A model generated the notes under the pieces. The model saw only the letters and a list, made by a program, of their open reading frames with translations, did not search any database and was not told where the DNA came from. The position numbers were made by a program, and so were the translations under genes. Of a DNA stretch of 64,000 nucleotides, positions 9,896-19,838 are shown in pieces. The stretch comes from Candidatus Methylomirabilis sp. (GTDB lineage Bacteria > Muiribacteriota > Ozemobacteria > Ozemobacterales > Ozemobacteraceae). Within the stretch, counting starts at the first letter, position 1, and every line of letters starts with the position of its first letter. The stretch lies in the NCBI GenBank assembly GCA_020722725.1, contig DYKG01000001.1, positions 215,106-279,105 on the forward strand, in the 5' to 3' direction.

Positions 9896-11158
9896 CTATC
9901 TGCGGGTGAACGGAACTTCGTTCTGCAGACCCCAGGCTTCGACCTTAAGGCGAAGCTGTTGGTAATATTTGGCAAAAAGCCAGTCACCCTCGTTTATTAC
10001 CAGAAAAAGAAGCTTTTCCTGAAGGCCTCGCAGAAGCGGAATAAAAGCGGGGCGTTCTTCCTTTGCATGCTTATCGATGCGATTGATCACCAGATGAAAA
10101 AGTTTGAAGCTGTCGGAATTGAATTCGCGAAAGATTTTGCGCAAAATCAACTTTAGAGAATGATTGTAACGCTCAGCAGCCACCTGATCATTGGGATTCC
10201 TGGCAAGAATCTGGTGAAAGCGCAGCATTTTGTTTAAATCTCTGATGACCGGAAATTTAATTGTAAGCTGGTAAACTGCGGTAGAAGCAATATAAGAGAA
10301 AATCCGGCTGCCGACATAACCACCGATCATGGTGCCAATGCCGGGTGCAACAACCGACCCTACTGCCGAACCCAAAGAGGCGCCGGCTACGTTTACCAGG
10401 CTTTTGGCGGCGCTTTTAATTATGGACAGGCCGAGAAAGCTCAGAATCGAGTTATCGTTCATCGCTTCCTTTATCACCACTGAAAGTTTTTTATTATTCC
10501 CGGCTGCACTCAGAAGATCGGCGCCGGCCCTGGATATGGCTACTGAGCTGAAACTCTTGAGTGTGTCAGAAATGGCTTCTGAAAGAATGCCGATATTCAG
10601 TTTTTTCAACAACTCGGTCAAAAGATCAGCTGCCGGATCAAGGGCTCCCGATGCCGCCAGATGAGGAACAGTTTTCATTAATTCATAGGCAATCTGGTCG
10701 AGCGAGAAGACAATCGCCCCCGAAAATTTGAAGTTGAACCCGCTTTTCTGATACTTGATGTCTGAAATGTAAAAATCATAAGAAACTTCTTTTTCACAGC
10801 AAATCAAATATTCAGTTGCCTTCAAACGCTCTGGCAGACGCCCTTTGAATTGACCATCACCGCTGACTGAAATGAAATACCTTCTAATTTTTGCGTCATA
10901 GAAGTGTGAGTGAACTTTTATGTTGAGAACTTCTGATTTGTCGAGGCGGTCGATAAGCTTGAGAAAGCCCAGGTCAAGTGCATCCGCGGTAAATTTGAGC
11001 GATGCATCAACTTTTGCCGAAAACCATGACTGATTCGGCTTTGAATCAGGGGTTTCGTTGGCTAAAGCCGGAGCTATAGTCTGAATGACGAAAAGAAGAC
11101 CGATCAGAAACAGGCTAAACGGCAGATAGCTTTTCATTTTCCACATGTTTGCACCCAC
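9896..11158 (-). CDS. Hypothetical secreted protein (signal peptide)
   Basis: N-terminal MKSYLPFSLFLIGLLFVIQTIAPALA looks like a signal peptide. Nothing recognisable follows. Divergent from the HEAT-repeat gene. Confidence 0.4.
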   Translation of the reverse strand: MGANMWKMKSYLPFSLFLIGLLFVIQTIAPALANETPDSKPNQSWFSAKVDASLKFTADALDLGFLKLIDRLDKSEVLNIKVHSHFYDAKIRRYFISVSGDGQFKGRLPERLKATEYLICCEKEVSYDFYISDIKYQKSGFNFKFSGAIVFSLDQIAYELMKTVPHLAASGALDPAADLLTELLKKLNIGILSEAISDTLKSFSSVAISRAGADLLSAAGNNKKLSVVIKEAMNDNSILSFLGLSIIKSAAKSLVNVAGASLGSAVGSVVAPGIGTMIGGYVGSRIFSYIASTAVYQLTIKFPVIRDLNKMLRFHQILARNPNDQVAAERYNHSLKLILRKIFREFNSDSFKLFHLVINRIDKHAKEERPAFIPLLRGLQEKLLFLVINEGDWLFAKYYQQLRLKVEAWGLQNEVPFTRR

Positions 11159-11287
11159 TTGAAAGCAGATAATTTAGATAATTCTACACATTTTTCCCTG
11201 AATTTGTAAGCTTAATTCGACCGATTAGATTTTGGTTTTGTACAGACTATAGGTTATAATTGCAGCAGCAGGATGGTTTACTGAAAA

Positions 11288-14149
11288 ATGAAACGGGAAA
11301 ACGAATACGGCGGCAGATTGCCAGAAAAACTGGATCTTAACGACTGGATTCAGCATGCTCTTGATTCGGCTGAGGAAAACGACCGGCAGATTGCTCTTGA
11401 AGAGCTTTCATCCACCGGGGTTCCGCCTTATCTGCAAGCCCGTATTCGCGAGATTTCTGCGAGAGATCTTTCTTCGGTCTGCCGGCAGCTGGCTAACTGG
11501 ATAGACAGCGTTGATCGTGCCAGAGCTGAACTGAAGCCACAGCTGAAGAAACTCGAACTAAGCCCGGCAAATATCATAATGCTTCTTGAAAACGCCGAAC
11601 CGGCCATCGCCTCAGTTTTAACTCAAACCTTGCGCAAAGCGCCGGCAGAAGAGATCCTTGAACAATGGCGTATGGGGCTTAAAACCGAAACCAACCCAAG
11701 AATGCTACAGATAGGCCTTACCCTTCTGGGTAAATTTGGTAAGCCCGAAGATGCTTTTTCTGCTCTGCCATTTCTTGATAACTCAGATACCGAAGTAGTT
11801 TGCTCAGCCTTTGCGCTGTTGCAGAACCAGAATCAGGAAATTTTCAAACAGCATATTCGTAAAGGTTTGACTTCCCGTTCCTTCAAGATTCAAATGCATT
11901 CTGTGCATCTGTTGCGCTCTATCGATATCGATGAGGCGATTCAGTATATTCAGGCTTTTCTGTTCAGCAAAAACCCATTGATCAGGCAAAAAGCCCTGCG
12001 TGAACTGATGCTTCTGCCCTTCGAAAGAGTATCAGGTATTTTTCTGCAATACCTAAGTCGCGAGGTTCAGCCGCTTTTGCTGGTAAAGGCCGGCTTTGTA
12101 ATTGCTTTCAATCCGCTGCCTGATTTTCCGGTCAAACTTTTCGACATTTTCCAGTTTGCCCGTGACACCAAAAAACACATCCTGCAAATGGTTTTGAAAC
12201 AGCTGGTTGAATCGATTCAATCTGCCGGAATACTTAAACAGACATTTGAAGAATACTCGGTCGAGTTGAAGCAGAAAATTAGTTTCAAGCGCTCTGAACT
12301 CGTTATCAGATGTGCGCTCAAAGATCTTTCCAGTGAAGACAAAAACATGCGTCTTTCGGCGATCGATCGCCTTGCGCCTTATTCCGAATATCCATCCATT
12401 CTTCAGGCTCTGACCAGGCATTTGCAGACTGAAAAAAACGATGAAGTAAAAACTGCAATTGAGACAATAACCGGTCAGCAGAAACTTGCTCCGGTGCAGT
12501 TGAATAAAGGGTTCCCCGACGTGCGTGCTTTTGTTGCTCTTGATGTGAAAGAGCAGCGAAACTTTTTAAAACAGATTCGAAATGATGAAGACTGGTCTGC
12601 CCGCCGTAATTCTTTTGCTCAACTGCTTCAGGAAAATTTAAAAAAGAACATTCTTCTCGAAATCATTCGTCTTTACGGTAGATTTGGTTCACGAATCGAT
12701 TCACAGCCTTTGCTCAAATTTTTAGAGGATTCAGACCCTTCGGTGGTTGCAGGGGCAATAAAGACCCTTGGTAGTATAGATCTCGATGTGATGCTGCCTC
12801 ATCTTAACCGGTTTCTTGCCCATGAAGACCCGCGAATCAAATCTGCCGCCCTTGAAATCTATGTCCTGGCCGACAAAGAAGGCGCGATTCAGTATTTGTC
12901 ATCGATGCTCAGCTCAAGCGCCCTGAATACCAGAAAAGTCGGTCTGTCTCTGTTGCCGCAGATCGATTACTCTTCAGCCGAACCTTTAATCTGGCGACTG
13001 CTCAAATATGAAGGTAACCAGGAACTGAAAATTCAGGCGGCCTACATGGTTGCTGCCAATCCCACACAGGAAGGCCTTTACAAACTTTTTGCCATTTCCC
13101 ATAAAAAAGAAGGGCAGATGAAAGAAGGCTTTGAGGAATTGTGGAACCTTGCGCTGGTTTCGGCTGAAACAACGTTTGCCATGCCCCGCGACCAGATCGA
13201 GGCTCAATGCTGGGAGGCCTGCAAAGCCGAGGCTGAAAGACCACCAGAAGACAAATCTTCATACTCTTACAACAGCGTTGTGGGCGATTCTGATATTCTT
13301 GGTCTAACAAATCAGGAAGCCAGCTGCACTTTGATCGAAAATGTTTTTCTGCACCTGGCTGAGTTTAAAGTCTTTTATGCCATCGGCGTCGTGATTCTGG
13401 CGCCGTTGATGTATTTTCTGCTCTCATCAGATAATTCGGTTAAAAAAATTGTAAGAAAGAATACTGCCGTGCCTTCTTCTGAAGGGAATTTTTCACCCAA
13501 CGAAACCAATATTACGACCCAGGTCGGAAGTCCTGACTGGAAGGGAGCAATTAAATCAAAGGCCCGTGAAATGCTTTCCGGTGGTGCTTATAAGGCCGCT
13601 CTTGAAACTGCCGCCCGCGAAGTTGAAGACCTGCGCGATGATTATGACAAAAATTTTCAGCAGTATTATCTTGATGTTGTCAACAACCCGGAAGAGCCCG
13701 AAGAGGTCAGAAGCATGTGCGAAGCCCATCTGAATCCATCTTTTGCCAGCGCATTCAAAGCCTGGGAAGCGGGTGATATTTCGGCCGCCGAGCTTTATTT
13801 TGAACGTGCTGTCGAAGATCCGTCACTCAATGCGGTAGGAAAATGTTTCGCGCTGCAGAAGCTTGCCGAACTTGCCGAGTCGAAGCAGGATAAAGCAAAC
13901 TGGCTCAAATGGCAGGATCGGTTACTCAAAGAGTTGAAAAAAATGCCCGGCTACCAGGACGTTAGCGGACTGGAAAACTTTGGCCAGACTTTTATAAAAA
14001 TGGTCGAAATCAGTCAGCATCTTAACAATGGCGGTGATGCGGCACCGATAAAGAACCATCTGATGCAGACCGGCGAAAGTGCTGCTCAGGCACAGGAAAG
14101 TATCGATGCTCTGAAAAACATTGATTCATTTTTCCAAAAAAATCACTGA
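11288..14149 (+). CDS. HEAT-repeat protein with one internal transmembrane helix
   Basis: Repeated HEAT/PBS-lyase-like units (e.g. LEDSDPSVVAGAIKTLGSIDL, AHEDPRIKSAALEIYVLA). One hydrophobic helix (VFYAIGVVILAPLMYFLL) lies near residue 700. Confidence 0.6.
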   Translation: MKRENEYGGRLPEKLDLNDWIQHALDSAEENDRQIALEELSSTGVPPYLQARIREISARDLSSVCRQLANWIDSVDRARAELKPQLKKLELSPANIIMLLENAEPAIASVLTQTLRKAPAEEILEQWRMGLKTETNPRMLQIGLTLLGKFGKPEDAFSALPFLDNSDTEVVCSAFALLQNQNQEIFKQHIRKGLTSRSFKIQMHSVHLLRSIDIDEAIQYIQAFLFSKNPLIRQKALRELMLLPFERVSGIFLQYLSREVQPLLLVKAGFVIAFNPLPDFPVKLFDIFQFARDTKKHILQMVLKQLVESIQSAGILKQTFEEYSVELKQKISFKRSELVIRCALKDLSSEDKNMRLSAIDRLAPYSEYPSILQALTRHLQTEKNDEVKTAIETITGQQKLAPVQLNKGFPDVRAFVALDVKEQRNFLKQIRNDEDWSARRNSFAQLLQENLKKNILLEIIRLYGRFGSRIDSQPLLKFLEDSDPSVVAGAIKTLGSIDLDVMLPHLNRFLAHEDPRIKSAALEIYVLADKEGAIQYLSSMLSSSALNTRKVGLSLLPQIDYSSAEPLIWRLLKYEGNQELKIQAAYMVAANPTQEGLYKLFAISHKKEGQMKEGFEELWNLALVSAETTFAMPRDQIEAQCWEACKAEAERPPEDKSSYSYNSVVGDSDILGLTNQEASCTLIENVFLHLAEFKVFYAIGVVILAPLMYFLLSSDNSVKKIVRKNTAVPSSEGNFSPNETNITTQVGSPDWKGAIKSKAREMLSGGAYKAALETAAREVEDLRDDYDKNFQQYYLDVVNNPEEPEEVRSMCEAHLNPSFASAFKAWEAGDISAAELYFERAVEDPSLNAVGKCFALQKLAELAESKQDKANWLKWQDRLLKELKKMPGYQDVSGLENFGQTFIKMVEISQHLNNGGDAAPIKNHLMQTGESAAQAQESIDALKNIDSFFQKNH

Positions 14150-14179
14150 TTTTCACAACATTTTCATCCCGTTCATCGT

Positions 14180-16819
14180 ATGTTCAACAGAACAGGGTAC
14201 AAAACTCTGTTGGTCTGGCGAAATACAATGAGGTATTATGATAATAGTTTGAGGGCGTACAGGGGTAAAAATGTGAATAGAAGAAACATGCGAAAAAGCG
14301 GTTCGGCTTATCTGATGGCGCTCGGGGTTCTGGCTGTACTGGTGCTGATTGGCATCGCACTTTCGCGCATGACCCTGACCGGCCGATGGACAACCATTTT
14401 CAGCAGTAATGAAAAAAAGGCCGAAGAATGTGCCGAGTCGGCAGCTAACTTGACTTTCAAGGTTGTCAAAGACAACATGAACGATTACAGCGCATTCTGG
14501 CGTCTGTTTAACGACCCCGATGAGCTGTTGAAAAGCTGGTTCATGTATTTTCGTCTGCCTGCACCGGTTGCCGGCGCTTATGTTGACCCGGTAAGCTTTG
14601 AAAATGCCAGGGCAAACGGTGTGGATGTTCAGCTCGACCTTTTCAACAGCACGATTTTCAAGCCTTTATATGAAAAGGGTATCGTTTACATGTTCGATAC
14701 CATTTCACCTGATCCCAAGGCCCCCCTGGCACCTCTTAAGGGAATGTTCGACGCTCTTGGTGGCAGGGTCAGGGTTACCTGCACCGCGCGCATAAAAAAT
14801 GCTTTCGCCATTCTTGCCGATAATCCCGATTATGTCGTCGGTGGCGTGGAAGTGCCTTTGCGCAAGGTTACCGGCTTTCTTGGCAATATTTACGACAAGA
14901 TCAAAATCGGTGCTGCTGATGTAATTTCCGGTGATAAAGATTCAACCGACCCAACGGGTGAAGAAGACGCCGGTTTTCCCAACATCGATGTAATCAATTT
15001 TCTTCCCGATGATCCACTCTTGAAGGCTCCCGATATCAGTAATTTCACGATTATCGTGCAGGGAGTTCCGGTTCCGGTTGGCATAATTCTGCAAAAACCC
15101 CTCGATGCTATTTTTAACAAAATCGCCACATCTCTGGGTCTGACACCACGAAAGATTGCTAAAAAACTCTTTGGTGGTGCCCTTCAGTTCAAGATCGACT
15201 TTAGCGCAATCAACAAGCGCATTGAAGAAGCGATTCAGAATTGTCTGCCCAAGTTTCTCCAGGCTTTTGCCGGCAATGCTTCATTCGACATTACCGTTGA
15301 AAAGCAGGGTATCTTTGAAGTGGTTACCGAGGTTGAATACACCCCTAAGTATCCTGATGGTGCGACCATCAAAAAACGACTGGTCATGCAGCGCGAATTC
15401 CGCGTTGCCGATGTTCAGCCTATTGCTTCTGATTACACCTTTTTTGTCGCCAATTCAAAGCTGCTTTATGAAAAGGCTCTGGAAAATTTTGATAACTGGG
15501 GCGGCGATGACGAGATAAAATGGAATGAAGGCATGGGAACCATCGTAATTCACAATATGCCTTCACTTGAAAAAATATGGGATTCCCTGAAAAACATATT
15601 TTCATTTGAAATCAGAAAACTGGCCCAGAATCTTCAATTGCCAGGACTTGTGCGAATAAACGGCACCAAAGAGATGCTTCTTAAACTTACCATGTTCGAA
15701 AAATTTCCGGTAGGAGAAGGGGCTCTTGATGTTTTCAAGAAAATGGAAATAGCCGCTTTGCTGCTATCTCATCCCGATGGGCAGAAAACCGCCTGTGCCG
15801 ACGACCACCCTTCTGGTGGTAGCAGTCATAACATTATCCCCGGTTTGAAAAGTGTTACTTACAACTTCTGGGACAAAGGAAAGCCTTTTGACTGGGGCTA
15901 TTTCGGGGGCGGTGACCCCGGCGGATTGGGAACTTACTGGTTGCCTATTCCACCAATGTTCGCCAGAACCCTGCTTTTCGGCAACTTTCATCTCGAGTTC
16001 CCAATGTCTATGCGGGTAGAAGGCTATCTGAAGAAAGTTTATACGCATATCAAGCTTTTGCTGGTAAAAATTTACATTCCGCCAATTCCCATTATCGGCT
16101 TTCTTGGTATGGATATTCCTATTCCGTGGTTCTGGGCAGCGGCAAAGAAAGAGCCTTACGGGTTCTGCAAATGGCCGCCCTACAAAACAGAAGACGAAGG
16201 CAAAACCGCCTGGGACCCCAATAAAAAGGGAAACCTGCCGGCAAATGTCTATTCGCCGACCCAATATCTCAAAAAAGCCAGCTATTTCTATGCCTCTTCC
16301 CAGGAATTCAATAAAGACATTGAAAACCGCACGATCATTTACAATGGCAAAGAAACCTTCATTTGTGATGGCATTACTTTCGTAAACGACAATCTCTGGA
16401 TAACCAATCCACTGCATGTCATGGGGCGTGGAATAATAGTCGCCGCCGCCAATGTTCATCTCAACGCTGAAATTACCCGCGAAGACAAAGATGACAATGG
16501 CAACAACACGCTTTTTTCGATTGTGGCGCGAAATGGTGCAATCATTAACCATTATGGCAAACGCAGTGTTTCTGCCTGTCTCTATGGCGACAAGGGGCTA
16601 ATGAACCCAATCGGAGCCAGTCTGGATGTACACGGCAATCTCGTGGTCAATCGCTTTAACCGTAAAGACTGCCAGGGCGACCTGCATGTCTATTACGAAT
16701 CGAATCATTGCCGCAGTTCTCTGCTTTCAATGATCAGACCTGTGGCGAAATGGGATCCGACCAGATACTATGTTACCCTGAGTGCCCAGACCGCATTATT
16801 TCAGTTTGAGAAACTATAG
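14180..16819 (+). CDS. Giant GspK/PilX-like minor pseudopilin-like protein (module 1, K-like subunit)
   Basis: After a likely internal start near 14288 the N-terminus reads MRKSGSAYLMALGVLAVLVLIGIALSRMT. That is a GspK-type hydrophobic N-terminus lacking Glu5. The C-terminal half is clearly paralogous to the 42985-44940 protein (PANVYSPTQYLKKASYFYASSQEFNKDIENR vs PANYYSIEQYAKKSNYYYNSEENFLKDLPNR, VMGRGIIVAAANVHL vs VTGRGMIVVSGNVSL, and WDPTRYYVTLS vs YDPRRYYLALS). Confidence 0.5.
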   Translation: MFNRTGYKTLLVWRNTMRYYDNSLRAYRGKNVNRRNMRKSGSAYLMALGVLAVLVLIGIALSRMTLTGRWTTIFSSNEKKAEECAESAANLTFKVVKDNMNDYSAFWRLFNDPDELLKSWFMYFRLPAPVAGAYVDPVSFENARANGVDVQLDLFNSTIFKPLYEKGIVYMFDTISPDPKAPLAPLKGMFDALGGRVRVTCTARIKNAFAILADNPDYVVGGVEVPLRKVTGFLGNIYDKIKIGAADVISGDKDSTDPTGEEDAGFPNIDVINFLPDDPLLKAPDISNFTIIVQGVPVPVGIILQKPLDAIFNKIATSLGLTPRKIAKKLFGGALQFKIDFSAINKRIEEAIQNCLPKFLQAFAGNASFDITVEKQGIFEVVTEVEYTPKYPDGATIKKRLVMQREFRVADVQPIASDYTFFVANSKLLYEKALENFDNWGGDDEIKWNEGMGTIVIHNMPSLEKIWDSLKNIFSFEIRKLAQNLQLPGLVRINGTKEMLLKLTMFEKFPVGEGALDVFKKMEIAALLLSHPDGQKTACADDHPSGGSSHNIIPGLKSVTYNFWDKGKPFDWGYFGGGDPGGLGTYWLPIPPMFARTLLFGNFHLEFPMSMRVEGYLKKVYTHIKLLLVKIYIPPIPIIGFLGMDIPIPWFWAAAKKEPYGFCKWPPYKTEDEGKTAWDPNKKGNLPANVYSPTQYLKKASYFYASSQEFNKDIENRTIIYNGKETFICDGITFVNDNLWITNPLHVMGRGIIVAAANVHLNAEITREDKDDNGNNTLFSIVARNGAIINHYGKRSVSACLYGDKGLMNPIGASLDVHGNLVVNRFNRKDCQGDLHVYYESNHCRSSLLSMIRPVAKWDPTRYYVTLSAQTALFQFEKL

Positions 16820-16827
16820 GAGCAGTC

Positions 16828-17295
16828 ATGTCGAGAAGAGCAGTCACCCTGGTAGAGATAACTCTTGCTCTTGCCATTTTGATAATAGCGATTATTCCCT
16901 TGTTGAGAATGTCCTCTGATGATGCTGCCACCGCCATCGAAACCGAGAAAATTCAAATTGCTGAACGTATTCTTGAAAGCGTTAAAAGCGAATTATTCGC
17001 CCTGCCGTTCAAACGTTTTTATGAAAGAAGTGAAGCCGATGAAGCCGATGGAGAAGATAAGAATTTTGCCGGCCCATTTGAGCTTTCCGATGGGTTCTAC
17101 CCGATCAGCCTTGGCAAAGTTCTTGAAATTCAACAGAAATTCAAGGACTTCAAGGTTGTTGGCAGCTGGAGCTACCTTATGAAAGATGGAAAAATTGATA
17201 AAACCATGGTTCAGGCAGATGTTTCATGCTCTTTCAGCCGTGCCAGGGGCTCTGAAGTTCTGCGCAAAAAGTCCTTTTTGCTGGTTAAACCATGA
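16828..17295 (+). CDS. GspI-like type IV pilin-fold minor pseudopilin (module 1)
   Basis: A GGAG Shine-Dalgarno precedes the start. N-terminal MSRRAVTLVEITLALAILIIAIIPLL looks like a class III (prepilin) signal with Glu at +5. The size (155 aa) is GspI-like. Confidence 0.6.
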   Translation: MSRRAVTLVEITLALAILIIAIIPLLRMSSDDAATAIETEKIQIAERILESVKSELFALPFKRFYERSEADEADGEDKNFAGPFELSDGFYPISLGKVLEIQQKFKDFKVVGSWSYLMKDGKIDKTMVQADVSCSFSRARGSEVLRKKSFLLVKP

Positions 17296-17312
17296 ATAAT
17301 GGAGGAATAGAT

Positions 17313-18386
17313 ATGAAAAAATCTGGTGTTACTCTGGTTGAAATGATGGTAGCAACCTTCATTCTTTCTCTGATATCTGTTCCTCTTTACTACGTGTTGA
17401 AGCAGGCTCAGCATCGTGCTGCTCTGGCAGCCTGTAAAGACTATGTAAAACAGGAATCAAATAAAGTTTTGAAAATTGTTGAGCATGATCTGAGCCAGGC
17501 CCGCCGTGAAAGCTTCAGGCAGCCAAGCGATGATGTATTTGAAATCAAGGTTAAAAAACAGGGTGACGATAAAGATGTGTCTCTGCGTTATCTTTATATT
17601 AAACCAGATTTAAAAAGAATTTTTGATGGCAAGCAATGGCTGGTCAGCAATAATGTCGATGAATTCAATATTTCCACGACCCCGGATGCCCCGGGCAGGC
17701 TGGTTGTCAGCCTTAAAACCAAAGCAAATTTTGATGGAATCAGGGAAGAAGATGCCCCGGTTCTGTCACAGGAAAAACTGGTGGTTATGCGTGAAGATGC
17801 CGCTTTTGAAAAAGATGAACATTGGCGCGATGTTGGCGATGTGAATAAATTTTTTGCATCACAGGGCAGTCTGATGGGTGGAATCAAGGAAGATGCGGGC
17901 AAACTGGTTCAGGATTTCGCCAGCGAATGGAGCGCAGCGGCCGGTGATATTCAGAACATGACAATTGGCCAGCTTAAAAAGGTTAAAGATGACCTTTTCA
18001 ATGGCCTCAAAGACGTTGAAGACAGTATCAACAACCTTGATAAAGATATTCTCGATCTTGACCCGAAAGCGATGTTTGATGTCGGCTGCGATGGTAAACT
18101 TTCAGATTCTCAGAAAGAACGAGCCAAAGCGGTTAAAAATGCTCTGGCAAATATGAAAAACAAAGGCGATTTGAGTTGGCAGAAAGTGGTTGACTCTGGT
18201 GGCGGTGGCTTTTTTTCCTCAAAAATGAAAACCGGAGCAATTAAGGAATTTTACAATGCCAAGGCACAGCTTTTTAACTCTGGGCAGGAAGTCGTAAAAC
18301 AAATCGACAGTTTCAAAAAGATGTCGAGTGAAAAGGGCTTTGATTTCGATATCAGTCAGATCAATCGCGGCAAGTGGGGCCTTTAA
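17313..18386 (+). CDS. GspJ-like minor pseudopilin with long acidic C-terminal extension (module 1)
   Basis: A GGAGGA Shine-Dalgarno lies before ATG 17313. N-terminal MKKSGVTLVEMMVATFILSLISVPL looks like a prepilin signal with Glu+5. A pilin-sized domain of ~170 aa is followed by ~190 aa of D/E/K-rich sequence. Confidence 0.55.
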   Translation: MKKSGVTLVEMMVATFILSLISVPLYYVLKQAQHRAALAACKDYVKQESNKVLKIVEHDLSQARRESFRQPSDDVFEIKVKKQGDDKDVSLRYLYIKPDLKRIFDGKQWLVSNNVDEFNISTTPDAPGRLVVSLKTKANFDGIREEDAPVLSQEKLVVMREDAAFEKDEHWRDVGDVNKFFASQGSLMGGIKEDAGKLVQDFASEWSAAAGDIQNMTIGQLKKVKDDLFNGLKDVEDSINNLDKDILDLDPKAMFDVGCDGKLSDSQKERAKAVKNALANMKNKGDLSWQKVVDSGGGGFFSSKMKTGAIKEFYNAKAQLFNSGQEVVKQIDSFKKMSSEKGFDFDISQINRGKWGL

Positions 18387-19011
18387 GTCGCAGGCTCAGC
18401 CAGACCACCCAGAAAGCCGTCAGAAAAATGGTAAGCTTCTGAAACCATGGCAAAATTTCCTTGTGCCAGTTCAGATAGTAAATCAGGTTGCTGCCCTGAA
18501 TCATGATAAAAACGGTAATTCCTGCCGAAAAACCAGGATATTGGCGTGCCTCGGCCAGAATTATCAGTGCAGTCAAAATGGTTAGAAAAGTGAAAATGCT
18601 GAAGCCAAGCAGCATTACGTGGTGGTAACCAGTAAAAAGAAGGCATGCGAATGTGCTGGCAATTAGCGAGCAGAACCTTACAATCATCTGCTGACCTTTG
18701 GTGGTGGGGCAATAGACCGGCAGAGAATAAAAAAATGCCGACATAGAAATCCCTAGAAAGCACATGCCGATTGCAGCAAAAGGCATACCTGGGTTAGGCT
18801 GGCCGTTCGCGGCTTGAGAGTTGAGAAGCTCGCACCAGTAATTATGCTGCCAGCTGAAGCCTGCAGTGTTCGGGTCGATCTGGGTTCCGCCCGGATAAAG
18901 CAGAATCGCAACAAATGAAAGTACAAAAAACCAGAAAGCCGCAAATGTCGGTAAATACTTGAAAAAGCGGTTGCCTGGCTTTTTTTCCGGTTCAGGATTT
19001 TGCAGATTCAA
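18361..19011 (-). CDS. Hypothetical polytopic membrane protein (216 aa)
   Basis: About six hydrophobic helices. Its 3' end overlaps the end of the convergent pilin gene by ~25 nt. Confidence 0.4.
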   Translation of the reverse strand: MNLQNPEPEKKPGNRFFKYLPTFAAFWFFVLSFVAILLYPGGTQIDPNTAGFSWQHNYWCELLNSQAANGQPNPGMPFAAIGMCFLGISMSAFFYSLPVYCPTTKGQQMIVRFCSLIASTFACLLFTGYHHVMLLGFSIFTFLTILTALIILAEARQYPGFSAGITVFIMIQGSNLIYYLNWHKEILPWFQKLTIFLTAFWVVWLSLRLKGPTCRD

Positions 19012-19618
19012 TTTTTTTGCTTTCGATCAGTTTTACCCCGGCTTTCTGTATTTCTGCCAGGGCTTTTTCAACATCTCCGAGCTGAAGATTCACGCCCCGG
19101 CAACCATCAGTGACCAGCCAGGTGACAAAACCTTCTGAAACTGCGTCGAGGGCAGTGAATTTTACGCAATAATCAGTTGCCAGACCCATTACATAGACTT
19201 CTTTGACCTGCTTTTCGCGCAGCCAGTCGCCGAGACCGGTGGCCTGACGTTGCTGATTATCGTAAAAGCCGCTGTAAGAATCAACTTTGGGATTGGTTCC
19301 TTTGCAAAATACTCGGGTGATGAGATTTTGTTTGAGTTTCGGGTGAAACTCTGCCCCGGTAGTGTTTTGGACACAGTGGTTGGGCCAGAGAATCTGGTCG
19401 AGTCCGTCAAGTTTAGTCATCTCACCTGGTTTGCGGTTCGAATGATTCGAGGCGAAACTGCCGTGGTCTGCCGGGTGCCAGTCCTGGGTGGCAATTACCA
19501 GCTCAAATTTTTCGGCCAGGCGATTGGCCGGTTCGATGACCAGATTGCCTTCATTTACGGCCAAAGCGCCGCCCGGCATGAAATCGTTCTGCAGGTCAAC
19601 CAAAATCAGTGCTTTCAT
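18992..19618 (-). CDS. pncA: Nicotinamidase/pyrazinamidase (isochorismatase family)
   Basis: MKALILVDLQNDF start and the catalytic-Cys region VMGLATDYCV. The length (208 aa) is typical. Confidence 0.85.
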   Translation of the reverse strand: MKALILVDLQNDFMPGGALAVNEGNLVIEPANRLAEKFELVIATQDWHPADHGSFASNHSNRKPGEMTKLDGLDQILWPNHCVQNTTGAEFHPKLKQNLITRVFCKGTNPKVDSYSGFYDNQQRQATGLGDWLREKQVKEVYVMGLATDYCVKFTALDAVSEGFVTWLVTDGCRGVNLQLGDVEKALAEIQKAGVKLIESKKIESAKS

Positions 19619-19838
19619 TTTAATTCTCCAATTTAAAGCCTTTCCTGGCCGCCATCAGCATAAAGAAAACTCAATGGGAAAAGCATGATAAACACAAATA
19701 CCAGAAACTTTTTCATCGTAAAATCCCCTTGGAACTATTCAGGCAATATACCGGACAAACTGAATTTGTTCAATTCAAAATTTTATTGGAATTGCCCGGC
19801 AGGGAAAATTTGAAAGGCGGGTTCATTAATGCTACAAT

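Noticed and set aside
14180-14290. First 36 codons of the giant pilin-like ORF (MFNRTGYKTLLVWRN...) as genuine N-terminus
   Set aside because: The pilin-like hydrophobic segment starts only after the internal Met near 14288 (MRKSGSAYLMALGV...). The upstream extension is probably non-coding. I kept the ORF-track coordinates and flagged the uncertainty.
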